DNA of 64,000 nucleotides from Candidatus Poriferisodalis sp. (GTDB lineage Bacteria > Actinomycetota > Acidimicrobiia > Acidimicrobiales > Poriferisodalaceae), in contig NZ_OZ242363.1 in NCBI RefSeq assembly GCF_965208895.1, positions 1,307,105 to 1,371,104 on the forward strand, read 5' to 3'. The position numbers and the translations under genes are program-made. The notes under the pieces are model-generated. The model was not told the origin of the DNA. It did not search any database and was given only the letters and a program-made list of their open reading frames with translations. Below, piece after piece: positions 32,381-41,797 of this stretch; the stretch's first letter is position 1; each line of letters begins with the position of its first letter.

Positions 32381-33568
32381 ATGGCTTACGTCGAGGACCG
32401 GATCATCCACGATGCGGACGCGCACACCATGGAGCCGCCGGAGTGGCTGGAGCCGTTCGCTTCCGCTGAGGTGGCGCGGTACGCGCTCGACCATTTCTCC
32501 ATAGGCGACAACGAGAAGGCGTTCGCCGACATCGAAACGGCCCGGGCTCGCCAGGCCGACCCGGAGTTCCGTGCCGGCGCCGCCGCAGAGGTGATGCTGC
32601 GCAAGAACTACATCGCGCCCGGCGCCTGGGATCCCGCTGACCGGTCCCAAGCCCTCGACGACCTGGGATTCTCCAGCCAGCTCATCTTCCCCTCCATGCC
32701 CAACACGCTGATCGAGGAGATGGAGCACACCGCCGAACCCGATCTCACCTACGCCACGGCAACGGCGGCGAACCGGGCCCAGATCGCATTCTGCTCGGTC
32801 GATCCGCGGCTGCTGCCGGTGTGCTCGGTGCCGCTGCAGTCGATCGAACACGCCGGCCCCCATGCCCGTCAGGCCATCGACGACGGCGCAGCGGCGCTGC
32901 TCATCCCCAACCGCATGCCGAAGCTCCACGCCCACAGTCACGTCGGCTTCGACCCCGTCTGGGCAGCCGCCCAGGAGGCAGGCATCCCCGTCGTGATGCA
33001 CGTGGCCACGCCCGACCTGGTGATGCCGCCTCAGCATCGCAACAACGGCTTGCCGCCCGAGCCCGACTTCCACGGCGGCGGCGAGAACTTCCGCTCCGTG
33101 TCGTACATGGCCATCTCCGCCGCACCGCTGCAGGCGCTGTCGATGCTGATCTTCGACGGCGTGCTCGAGCGGTTTCCCGACCTGAAGATCGGCGTGATCG
33201 AACTGGGAGCGGTGTGGCTGCCGGGATTCATGCGCCAGCTCGAAGCGGCATTCGATGCGTTCGAGCGTCACGAGCAGCGGCTCGGCAATCTCAGCCTGCG
33301 CCCCTCGCAGTACGTGCACCGCCAGGTCCGAGTCACCCCCTATCCCACCGAGCCGACTGGCTGGATCATCGAGAACACCGCACCGGAGATCTGCATGTTC
33401 AGCTCCGACTATCCCCACGTGGAGGGCGGCCGCAACCCGCTGAGGCGCTTCGACCGCGAGGTGGAGCACCTGCCCGCCGACGTGCAGGAGCGGTTCTTCC
33501 GGCTGAATTTCGAGGACCTGATGGGTACCGCGGCGGCGGACGTGCCCGTCGTGGCAGCTGCTGCGTAA
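32381..33568 (+). CDS. Amidohydrolase-2 (ACMSD-like) family metal-dependent hydrolase
   Basis: ..IIHDADAHTMEP.. near the N-terminus and ..FSSDYPHVEGG.. near the C-terminus match the family. An agggagg RBS precedes ATG 32381. Confidence 0.7.
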   Translation: MAYVEDRIIHDADAHTMEPPEWLEPFASAEVARYALDHFSIGDNEKAFADIETARARQADPEFRAGAAAEVMLRKNYIAPGAWDPADRSQALDDLGFSSQLIFPSMPNTLIEEMEHTAEPDLTYATATAANRAQIAFCSVDPRLLPVCSVPLQSIEHAGPHARQAIDDGAAALLIPNRMPKLHAHSHVGFDPVWAAAQEAGIPVVMHVATPDLVMPPQHRNNGLPPEPDFHGGGENFRSVSYMAISAAPLQALSMLIFDGVLERFPDLKIGVIELGAVWLPGFMRQLEAAFDAFERHEQRLGNLSLRPSQYVHRQVRVTPYPTEPTGWIIENTAPEICMFSSDYPHVEGGRNPLRRFDREVEHLPADVQERFFRLNFEDLMGTAAADVPVVAAAA

Positions 33569-33644
33569 TCCCGAAACGCGCAGGACGCCGACCGAAAAAA
33601 TCAGACGTCAGAAACACGATCCTTGGAAGAGAGGTCATCGCTTA

Positions 33645-33980
33645 ATGGGAATCCGGCTCGACAAGCCCTGGCAGCGACTCGACAACGCTGCAATCGAAGC
33701 GTTGCCGTCGCAGCTCGGCGTGTACCACGTCGCCGATTCGGATGGCACAGTGCTGTCGGTCGGCTTTGCCGGCGCACGAGAGCCGTTCGGGATGCAGTCA
33801 GCGCTCCGCCGCGAGACCGAACAGCTCGGCCAAGCTGCCACCCAGTTTCGCTACGAGTTCACGTCGAACTACCGCAGCCGCTGGGACGAGTTGCTGATGC
33901 TGCACCTCGCCGACCATGGCGAATTGCCCGAGCCCCAGACCGACCAAGCACAGCGAATCGGTCGCCTCTCCCCCGCCTGA
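33645..33980 (+). CDS. Small hypothetical protein with a GIY-YIG-like N-terminal segment
   Basis: ..LPSQLGVYHVADSDGTVLSVGFAG.. is present and a gaagagagg RBS precedes the ATG. No other motifs were recognised. Confidence 0.35.
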   Translation: MGIRLDKPWQRLDNAAIEALPSQLGVYHVADSDGTVLSVGFAGAREPFGMQSALRRETEQLGQAATQFRYEFTSNYRSRWDELLMLHLADHGELPEPQTDQAQRIGRLSPA

Positions 33981-34094
33981 CAAGGTGGCGTTTGACGAAC
34001 CTGACAGACCCAGCCTCGGGCGGCTACCGTGTCCGAACAGAATGAAGGCGCAGTAGAGCGCTCGACGCAAGCACCCCTCCACGCCGACATTCAG

Positions 34095-34958
34095 TTATTC
34101 GCAACCGGTGATCGAACTTCGCGCCGAACCATTTTGCATCTGTTCAGCCGGGGTCTTCATCAAATCTCGGTGCCGGTCCGAAGCTCCGACCAATATCCGA
34201 ATATCGTCATAGCCTTCAACAACTGCCTGCGCGATTTCACTTGGCTCGGTCCCACCGATAAGAAACAAACGAGCGCCGAAGAATGGTCTGTGACAGATAC
34301 CCCAAGCGGCGACACGATCAGCCTCGATGACTCGCAGCTCATCGAGCAACGATACGAGTTCCGGAATCCGGTCTAAGCGACACTGTGCCTCGGATTCATC
34401 CAATGCGAATAACGATGCATAGTCGCTGTCTGTGCATAGCCGAGGCCGACTGCTTTTGTCACATCGGGACAGTCCATGTGAGACGAAGGCCGCTTGCCCA
34501 ATACAGACTTCGTCAGTCAGTTCCCGGGGCGAACCACCAGCCAGGACGAAGTCGCCGTCTTCGAAGGGGCCTCGCGCACTTCCGTCATCTTCCACGAAAT
34601 ATATCCTCTCACGGGCCACGTCATACCGAGTACGGCTGCGTGGAAATGACAGGACGCTCCGTAGTGAGCTCGATAGACCCGGTTCGGGAGAATGGAATGA
34701 GTCCAAATAGACGCAATCATCCTCGATGCGTAAGTATCCAGGCAAACCCATGTTGTCATAATCCTCCGTCGGGATATGCATTATGCGAAACTCAGCCGCG
34801 GCGAACGCGACTGGAACAGAGCCGATTTCGGTTGTCCCTGACGCGTTCGGATCTATTGGAGGATGTCGGGAAGGCCGCGTGACTTCCTTAGTCGGACTCA
34901 ACAGAGCCTCCAACCGCTGGCGAGAACTCGTTGGTGCCCCGTATTCTGTTGACGCCAC
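34095..34958 (-). CDS. Hypothetical protein in a lower-GC patch
   Basis: The 287-codon ORF starts at a GTG. I recognise no motif. It overlaps the upstream signal-peptide ORF by 61 nt. Confidence 0.4.
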   Translation of the reverse strand: MASTEYGAPTSSRQRLEALLSPTKEVTRPSRHPPIDPNASGTTEIGSVPVAFAAAEFRIMHIPTEDYDNMGLPGYLRIEDDCVYLDSFHSPEPGLSSSLRSVLSFPRSRTRYDVARERIYFVEDDGSARGPFEDGDFVLAGGSPRELTDEVCIGQAAFVSHGLSRCDKSSRPRLCTDSDYASLFALDESEAQCRLDRIPELVSLLDELRVIEADRVAAWGICHRPFFGARLFLIGGTEPSEIAQAVVEGYDDIRILVGASDRHRDLMKTPAEQMQNGSARSSITGCE

Positions 34959-35122
34959 GACGCTGCCTTGGTGGCGAGATCTCTACCCGATACCGATGAC
35001 GGTGCAGAGGCTCTTTCATCGCCAGTGCGGCAGCCAAGTAGCAGCAAAACACACAGGCCGACCAAGGATGCTGTTAGGCACCAACCGACACGGTCTTTCG
35101 CCGTCTTGCGCGCGGACATCAA
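34898..35122 (-). CDS. Short ORF encoding a lipoprotein-type signal peptide, possibly the detached N-terminus of 34095-34958
   Basis: MMSARKTAKDRVGWCLTASLVGLCVLLLLGC.. has a positive n-region, an h-region and a lipobox. It is then out of frame with the next ORF. Confidence 0.3.
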   Translation of the reverse strand: MMSARKTAKDRVGWCLTASLVGLCVLLLLGCRTGDERASAPSSVSGRDLATKAASWRQQNTGHQRVLASGWRLC

Positions 35123-35423
35123 AACTACAAGACATCCGTAGTCCAGTTGGCAACGACTTGTGCTCGCAACACAATCTGAACCCGTCGAATGCCGCTGAAG
35201 AATGCGTCCACACCTGAGAGGTTACAGTTGTCACCAGAGGGACAGTTGTGGCGTTGATGACGCGTCGTGGACTCCTGTCGAGCATCGAGTTGTGGTGAGA
35301 CGGCTCGTTGCAAGCCGTCCGCTGACCAGTGGCTACCACACCCTCCATATGCTCGATGATGCATGGCTCGAAGTGATGAGCGGCGGCGGCCGGGTCGGGG
35401 CTCCTACCCCGCGTCCGAATCGC

Positions 35424-36578
35424 TCACTTGAAGCTGCCGCCGAGGATGTCGCGGGCCATGATCAAGCGCTGCACCTCGCTGGGGCCTTCGCCGATACGGC
35501 GGATCCGCAACTCCCGGTACCAGCGCTCAAGCGGAAGGTCCTTGGTGACGCCGATGCCGCCGTGAATCTGGATGCACCGGTCGACCACCCGACCAGCGGC
35601 CTCGGAGGCAACGAGCTTGGCCATTGCCGCCTCGGTGCGGAACCGCTCGCCTTGGTCGGCTTTCTGGGCAGCCTCCAGCACGCACCAGCGCCCGTGGCGG
35701 ATGTCGATCTCGTTGTCGACGATCATCCACTGGACCGCCTGCTTCTCAGCCAGCACCGAGCCGAAGGTCTCACGGCTGCGGGCCCAATCGATCGCCATCT
35801 CCTGGGCCATGATCGCGGGGCCCAAACAGCCCGCCGCGTACGGGATGCGCTGGCGGCTCAGCCGGTCGTTGGCGATGCCGAACCCGCCGTTCACCTCGCC
35901 CAGCACGTGGCTCTCGGGCACCCGCATGTCGACGAACTCGAGCTCGGTGGCATAGCGCGTCGCACGCAGCGTGTGCACCACTCGGCGCACGTTGAATCCA
36001 GGCGTGTCGGTGTCGACGATGAAGGCAGTGACGCCGTTGCGCCCCGGATCGTCGGATGTGCGAGCGAACAGCAGCGCATAGTCGGCCTTGTCGGCACCGG
36101 AGATGAACAGCTTCGAGCCGTTCAACACCCACTCGTCGCCGTCCTTGAAGCCCCGGGTGCGAATGGCCCGACCGGGATCGGAGCCGCCAGACGGCTCGGT
36201 CAGGGCGAAGCAGCCCATCTTCTCGCCGCGCAGGGTCGGGTACAGCCACCGCTCCTTCTGCTCGTCGGTGGCCTCGTACAGCTGCGCCAGCCCGGCGCCG
36301 CCGAATACCCCGTAGCACGGGTTGTAGAGCCCGGCCCGGTGCTTGGACATCTCGATGGCCATGAGCGCCCGGGTGGTCGTGTCGAGGCCCGGTCCGCCGT
36401 ACTCGGCGGGGATGTCGAGGCCGTAGAAGCCCATGTCACGGGTCATCTGGGTGAGGCGGGCGGCATCATCGGGCTTCAGCTCGCCGGCGTCAGGATCGAG
36501 GTCAGCTTCCAGCGGGATGATCTCGCTCTCCACAAAGCGCTGCACCGTCTCGACGATCAGCGCCTGCTCGTCGCTCAT
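35424..36578 (-). CDS. Acyl-CoA dehydrogenase
   Basis: The ACAD family layout is present (..CFALTEPSGGSDP.., ..IHGGIGVTKDLPLERWYR..). The start is trimmed to ATG 36578 (MSDEQALIVE..). Confidence 0.85.
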   Translation of the reverse strand: MSDEQALIVETVQRFVESEIIPLEADLDPDAGELKPDDAARLTQMTRDMGFYGLDIPAEYGGPGLDTTTRALMAIEMSKHRAGLYNPCYGVFGGAGLAQLYEATDEQKERWLYPTLRGEKMGCFALTEPSGGSDPGRAIRTRGFKDGDEWVLNGSKLFISGADKADYALLFARTSDDPGRNGVTAFIVDTDTPGFNVRRVVHTLRATRYATELEFVDMRVPESHVLGEVNGGFGIANDRLSRQRIPYAAGCLGPAIMAQEMAIDWARSRETFGSVLAEKQAVQWMIVDNEIDIRHGRWCVLEAAQKADQGERFRTEAAMAKLVASEAAGRVVDRCIQIHGGIGVTKDLPLERWYRELRIRRIGEGPSEVQRLIMARDILGGSFK

Positions 36579-36697
36579 GGAGAAGTCCACGTTGTGCCCC
36601 CTTGCTTCGGCCCCGTGTCGGCGCCCGATGCTAGGTCCCGGCGCTGAGTCCAGCCGTTCCATGCCGGCTGCCGCAGCGGAGGCTGCGTCAGTTTCGC

Positions 36698-38470
36698 CTA
36701 TGGCCGCGGCAGGCGGCGATACTGCAGCAGCGCCGAGCGTCCGACGATGTCCACGACAACGATCTCGAATCGGTTGCCGTCGGCGTCGACCATCTCCAGC
36801 GGCTCTCCGTACATGAAGTTCACCGGTTGGGGCTGGCCGTCGTTGACAGCGACGTTGTCGGCATACACGTAAGTGCGGCCGTGCGTATCCAGCTTCAGGT
36901 TCAGTCGCCCGTTCAAGCCCGGGACTTGCCCCGTTGCCTCAGCAAGAATCGCCGAACCGCCCTCGTCGAGACCGTCCATCTCGACAGTCAGCGCCCCCTC
37001 GGCAGGTACCCACCGCTCGATGTGACCCGCGCAGCGACCCGGCGCGGCGGCAAAAACGGTCATCGGCAGGTGCGTGGCATACAAGTCGAGCACTGCTTCG
37101 CCGTTGTCGTCGGTGGTGACCCGGTTCCACGTCCTGTTGGGGAACAACGCCACCACATCGACTCCCCCTTGGGGCCGGCTATTCGAGTACACGCTGACGA
37201 CGGCCGCGGCCGGAGAACTCTCGAGGGTCGCGGCGGGAATCGTCAGAATGAGGTCCGTGTCATCGACAAGCCGGTAGGTCGCTTCCTTGCCGCTCACAGC
37301 GCGCGTCTCTTCCAAGATGATCGGCACACCATCGCCGCGTCGTTCCATGAGAAACTGCCGATCCCCGGCACCTTCGATGTCCGTGGCCTCGACGCGCTGC
37401 ACGACAGACGCCAGGGCTTGGTTGCGGGTGACTTGGCGTGACGCCAAGCCCTCCGGCGTCAGCCCGTTGGGCAAGCTGCCGGGCGAGACCACTTCGAGAC
37501 GGTCATTGAAGATCATCAAGCGGATCGCGCTGCCCGTCAGGGAGTAGTCGCGATGCACCACGGCATTCACGACGGCTTCGAACACTGCTCTCGTGCTGTA
37601 TTCGGGCATGTCTATTCGGGCCGGCGTCTTGCGGGCTGCGACCCGGTTGTGGCGCCGCACGAAGGCCATGGCTTCGGTTATCTGGGTCCGCAGCGGACCG
37701 TCGATTTCGCGAGTGTCAGATTGACCAGATGCCTGCGATCTGCCTGAGTATCGGGTTGCCGTGATGCGGGCTTGGGGAAGCCAGTCCTGCGGAGTCTGAC
37801 TGCACAGCAGGACTCCTGCCACTGACGCCCGCGGAATGCCTTGTGCATCGTCGCTCAAGATGCCCATCTGGCGCAACGCGCGTTCGGGATCGGCAGAGCC
37901 CCGCGCACTGAGCAACGGACGCCACAGTGTCGGATCGAGGCTGGCAATGCCAGTATGCGACACCGGTTGCTCGTCGAACCACATGTGCCGCGACTGTGCG
38001 CGGCGTTCGGCGAGGCGATGTCGCTCGTCGCTGGTCATCAGGCGCGCTGAGCTGCCGATACGCACGAAGCACCGGCCCTTGACTTCGTGAGCACTCGCCC
38101 CTGGAGGAATCTCGACAATGAGCAATATCCGAGCATCCAGCTCCCGACGGTGGATCTGCGGCGCCAGCGGCGGCTCAATCGAATCGCGGCTGATCTCGAC
38201 GATGAGCGTCTCCACGCTGTCGAGCTGCGGCCGACTCATCGGCTGGATGGTCCCATCGTCGGTGACGCCGCAGAGCAGCGCGCCGCCTTGAGCGTTCGCG
38301 AAAGCCGCAATTTCCTGCGCCAGATCGTCACGCTGCGGCGACGTGGGCCGGTCTTCGCGGAATTCGAATTGCTTGAACTCCCAGCGCGAATCCTCTCCGA
38401 GTTGCAGGCGCGTCCGCAGTTCGTCGTCGCTGAGTGGCACCTGAGTGTCCTCCGAGATGGCTCGCAGCAA
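36698..38470 (-). CDS. AlbA_2 (Schlafen-type) DNA-binding domain plus HATPase_c_4-like protein with an extra ~170-aa C-terminal extension
   Basis: ..GEDSRWEFKQFEF.. and ..EIAAFANAQGGALLCGVTDDG.. indicate AlbA_2. ..AVFEAVVNAVVHRDY.. is the RecG-related ATP-binding-like region. I do not recognise the C-terminal ~170 aa. Confidence 0.6.
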   Translation of the reverse strand: MLRAISEDTQVPLSDDELRTRLQLGEDSRWEFKQFEFREDRPTSPQRDDLAQEIAAFANAQGGALLCGVTDDGTIQPMSRPQLDSVETLIVEISRDSIEPPLAPQIHRRELDARILLIVEIPPGASAHEVKGRCFVRIGSSARLMTSDERHRLAERRAQSRHMWFDEQPVSHTGIASLDPTLWRPLLSARGSADPERALRQMGILSDDAQGIPRASVAGVLLCSQTPQDWLPQARITATRYSGRSQASGQSDTREIDGPLRTQITEAMAFVRRHNRVAARKTPARIDMPEYSTRAVFEAVVNAVVHRDYSLTGSAIRLMIFNDRLEVVSPGSLPNGLTPEGLASRQVTRNQALASVVQRVEATDIEGAGDRQFLMERRGDGVPIILEETRAVSGKEATYRLVDDTDLILTIPAATLESSPAAAVVSVYSNSRPQGGVDVVALFPNRTWNRVTTDDNGEAVLDLYATHLPMTVFAAAPGRCAGHIERWVPAEGALTVEMDGLDEGGSAILAEATGQVPGLNGRLNLKLDTHGRTYVYADNVAVNDGQPQPVNFMYGEPLEMVDADGNRFEIVVVDIVGRSALLQYRRLPRP

Positions 38471-38527
38471 GGTTATGGCGGGTTGGCTCGGGAATTGAGC
38501 GAAGGCGACAGCGGGCTGCGAGAGGTG

Positions 38528-39523
38528 TCAGCCCGAGGTCCAGGCCAACTGGGCGAAGGCGGGCGCCACCACAATCCGGTCACCGACTGAGACCGACAGG
38601 TCGACGCTGAAGCCTGCATCGTCGGACGTCGCAATCGTGCCGGAGCAGACCACCGTCTCCCCGGCGTACACCGGTGCACGATTGCGGTACGCGAGCCGGA
38701 CGAGCCGGGCGCCAGCACCCGCATCTCGCACGACGCACTCGGCCAGCAGTGCGCCGAGCATCTGACCGTCGACAACGGGTGCCGGCGCTCCCAGACGGCG
38801 GGCGTGAGCCTCGTCGTAATGGAGGCGGTGCCAGTCCCAGGTGGCGGCGCCGTAGGCGACCATGTCTGCCAGCGCGATGCGCCTGCGCAGCGGCCGAAGG
38901 GGCCGACCGGGCCGCAACGCGGCTCTGGGCAGCGGTTCTGGTATATCCGAAGTACCAGCGGCGTCCGGGGCGTCGTCATCGGGCTGCGATGTCGCAGGCG
39001 CGGTGTCCGCTGCGGGCTCGTGGTCCGCTTCTTCAGGTCGGGCATCGCGATCGGGCTGAGCGGCACCGAGCGGGCGGAAGATCATCGTCTCGGCGTTGGT
39101 CGCCAACCGATCGCCGCCGACGGAATAGACCGCCTCGGCGGTGACGACCAACAGCGGGTCGCCGTCGCGGTCGCGGCGCTCGGTCGCATCGGTCAAGGTC
39201 CACGTCGTGTCGATGACGTCATCGAACCGCGCAGGCCGATCGAACCGGTAGTCGTTGCCGCCGCGGAACATGGCGCAGCGCACCGGCAGCGGCAGCTCCC
39301 ACACGTGCCCGAGATATGAGTTTCGGTCGGGAACAGCGCGCCCGGTGAGCTGTGCCGTCTCGCAGATCAGCGTCGGCGGCGCCTCGTCACGCCAACGCTG
39401 CGGATCGGCACCGATAGCCAGTGCGAAGTAGCGGATCGAGGCCCGGCTCAGCGATTCCGGTGCCGTGTAGGTCACCGTCCAACCGAGTGCTGCACGCACT
39501 TGTTCGGTCAGCAGCTGGCTCAT
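38528..39523 (-). CDS. Double hot-dog (MaoC-like dehydratase) protein with a P/A/D-rich linker
   Basis: The start is trimmed to ATG 39523 (MSQLLTEQV..). There are two hot-dog-like halves. The C-terminal half has the MaoC-like segment ..GAPAPVVDGQMLGALL... Confidence 0.55.
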   Translation of the reverse strand: MSQLLTEQVRAALGWTVTYTAPESLSRASIRYFALAIGADPQRWRDEAPPTLICETAQLTGRAVPDRNSYLGHVWELPLPVRCAMFRGGNDYRFDRPARFDDVIDTTWTLTDATERRDRDGDPLLVVTAEAVYSVGGDRLATNAETMIFRPLGAAQPDRDARPEEADHEPAADTAPATSQPDDDAPDAAGTSDIPEPLPRAALRPGRPLRPLRRRIALADMVAYGAATWDWHRLHYDEAHARRLGAPAPVVDGQMLGALLAECVVRDAGAGARLVRLAYRNRAPVYAGETVVCSGTIATSDDAGFSVDLSVSVGDRIVVAPAFAQLAWTSG

Positions 39524-39543
39524 GAGACTGCTCGGGCCAAGTC

Positions 39544-40668
39544 TCAGGGCATCGAGACGATGGCTTCCACCTCGATCAGCCAACGGCGGCTCAGCAAGCC
39601 GCCGACCACTACTCCGGTCGACGCCGGGAACGGCCTGCCGAGCACCTGCTGACGCACATCGCCCACAGCGCGGTAGCCCTCGACTCCGTCGGGCGTCACG
39701 TACTCGACGGTCTTGACGAGGTTGTCGATGGAAGTTCCGGCCATCTCGCAGATCGCGGCGATCTCGCCGTACACGAACTCGGCCTGTCCGCCGATGTCGC
39801 CTTCCGCCACCGTCTCGCCCGATGACATGTCGAACGCCGTCGTACCGGAGACGAACAGCAGTCCGCCGGCTTCCACTGCGGGGCTGAAGGTCAGCGACGA
39901 GTACGCCTCGGGCCGGAAAGGCACCACCGTCTTGGGATGCGCAGACGCCCACATGTCAAGCACGACGAGTGCATCGGGATGAGGCAGCTGCCCCATCAGC
40001 AACCCGGTTGAGGACGGGAATTGCGGGCTGAGCAGCCGCCGCCGTGCTTCTGCGGTCTCGTTGTACTGGCGGCGGGTGGCTGCGGTGGTCTGCTGCACCA
40101 CCCGCACCACGTTGGACAGATCCATGCCGTGGGGCTCGAGCCGACGGCCGGCCTCTTCGAGGGCCCACTCGCACTGTCCGACGAAATCGCCGGGCAGCAC
40201 CACGTTGCCGTCGTCGTCGACGGGCATCACCTGCGGGACACGGACCAAGCCGTCAACCTGGCCCGCCACCACCTCCACCTCGACCAGTGCCTCGGGCCGC
40301 ACGAGCGATTCCACGATGAACGTCGAGGGGCGGACCCCGCCCACCGACGAACCGAGACTGTGCGGCCGCTGCCCCGCGATCGCATCGCTCTCGGGCGCCC
40401 CTTCCACGGTGATGTATTCGGTCACCTCCGAGCAGTCGCTGACATCCCGGCCGGCCGCGTCGAGCACGGCTTCCACCTTGGCCCAGCACACGCTGGCCTG
40501 CTCGGCACCGTCGCCGCGCACCGTGACGCGGCCCGATTCGGCGTCGTACGCGCCTGCCGTCTGCCCTGCCAGCCACGCCGCGCCATGTGCGTCTATGCCC
40601 GGTGAGAAGGAATACCGGCTGGTGTCCAGCCACGGAAAATGCTCCGGCGTGATCTCCTGTGGCGGCAT
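39544..40668 (-). CDS. Tandem RidA/YjgF/L-PSP-domain protein
   Basis: There are two RidA-like modules, each ending in a ..VE(V/A)E(V/A)(V/I).. strand (LVEVEVVAG and LIEVEAIVS). Confidence 0.55.
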   Translation of the reverse strand: MPPQEITPEHFPWLDTSRYSFSPGIDAHGAAWLAGQTAGAYDAESGRVTVRGDGAEQASVCWAKVEAVLDAAGRDVSDCSEVTEYITVEGAPESDAIAGQRPHSLGSSVGGVRPSTFIVESLVRPEALVEVEVVAGQVDGLVRVPQVMPVDDDGNVVLPGDFVGQCEWALEEAGRRLEPHGMDLSNVVRVVQQTTAATRRQYNETAEARRRLLSPQFPSSTGLLMGQLPHPDALVVLDMWASAHPKTVVPFRPEAYSSLTFSPAVEAGGLLFVSGTTAFDMSSGETVAEGDIGGQAEFVYGEIAAICEMAGTSIDNLVKTVEYVTPDGVEGYRAVGDVRQQVLGRPFPASTGVVVGGLLSRRWLIEVEAIVSMP

Positions 40669-40933
40669 GGTGCGTGTTCCTCGCGCGCGAACGGCGACAC
40701 GACCGATGTCGCCCGCGCCTTGTCTAGTGCGCGCAAGCGTTCGACGCTAGGACCGGTGCTGCCCCCATGTGCCCAACGCTGATGCGCCGTGCCGACGCTG
40801 AGCTGCCGCCCTGCATCTGAGGGCGAGGGTCGATGGCGTATCAGCAGGCGCCTGCGCGGTCGCGGACTCTCTCGCTGCTTGCGGCTGGCGACTCAGGCAG
40901 TCCCGAGCGGCGCGTACCTTGCCCGAGACGGCG

Positions 40934-41722
40934 CTATCTCCCGGTGAAGTTCGGCGCGCGACGCTCCACGAACGCTGCGATGCCTTCGCGGCCGTCGTGG
41001 GTCTGCATGGCGTTGGTGATCATCTTGCCTTCGAACTCGCCTGCCTGTTCCAGCGGCGAGTCGATGCCGGCGTAGACCACCCGCTTGGCGTGGCCCAGTG
41101 CCCAGGCCGGGCCGTCGGCCAGCGCCTGGGCGAGCTCGGCTGCGGCTGAGTCGACTTCATCGTCGGGAACAACACGGTTGACCAACCCCCATTGCTCGGC
41201 CTCCTGCGCGGAGAGCACCCGGTTGGTGAGGGTCAGGTCGAGCATCCGGCGCAGCCCGATGTGGCGCGCCAAGAAGTACGACGACGTGCCGTCGGGCGTG
41301 ACGCCGGCCCGCGTGTAGGCCATGGTGAACTTTGCAGATTCGCCTGCGACCACCAGGTCGAATGAGGCGGCCAGCGACATGCCGGCTCCGCCGACGCTTC
41401 CGCCCACACCTGCAACGAACGGCTTCGGCGTGCGGTTCATCTTGTTGATCGCTGCGTGGAGGTCGATGACCATGTCCGATGCGAGCTGCGGCAGGCCGTC
41501 GCCTGCCGCATGGAACTCTTTGAGGTCGCCGCCTGCGGAGAACACCCGTCCTTCCGCCGTGACCGACGCTGCCTTGACCGCGTCGTCGAACTCGATTGCA
41601 AGCATGACAGCCCGCAGCTCGCGCGAGAACTGCGGATTCACTGCGTTGGCGCCTTCCGGGCGGTTGAACCGCACATGGGCAACGCCGTCGCGAACGTCGT
41701 AGGTGATCGTCTCCAAATCCAT
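40934..41722 (-). CDS. Enoyl-CoA hydratase/isomerase (crotonase) family
   Basis: ..FSAGGDLKEF.. and ..FVAGVGGSVGGAGMSLA.. are oxyanion-hole segments. Confidence 0.85.
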   Translation of the reverse strand: MDLETITYDVRDGVAHVRFNRPEGANAVNPQFSRELRAVMLAIEFDDAVKAASVTAEGRVFSAGGDLKEFHAAGDGLPQLASDMVIDLHAAINKMNRTPKPFVAGVGGSVGGAGMSLAASFDLVVAGESAKFTMAYTRAGVTPDGTSSYFLARHIGLRRMLDLTLTNRVLSAQEAEQWGLVNRVVPDDEVDSAAAELAQALADGPAWALGHAKRVVYAGIDSPLEQAGEFEGKMITNAMQTHDGREGIAAFVERRAPNFTGR

Positions 41723-41797
41723 GACTGCTCCTGTGGTGCGTCCGTTTGGGGGCTCATCGGGAGGTTACGCGCCCCGATTGGCGGGCATTCGTGCGAG

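Noticed and set aside
32177-33469. 430-aa minus ORF, and similar ORFs at 35202-36647 (+), 41456-42808 (+), 6264-7457 (+), 15022-16092 (-) and 13095-13706 (-)
   Set aside because: Each lies opposite a gene with strong family motifs (amidohydrolase, ACAD, LLM oxidoreductase, sspC, SPFH, CMD). None shows motifs of its own. They are treated as shadow ORFs.
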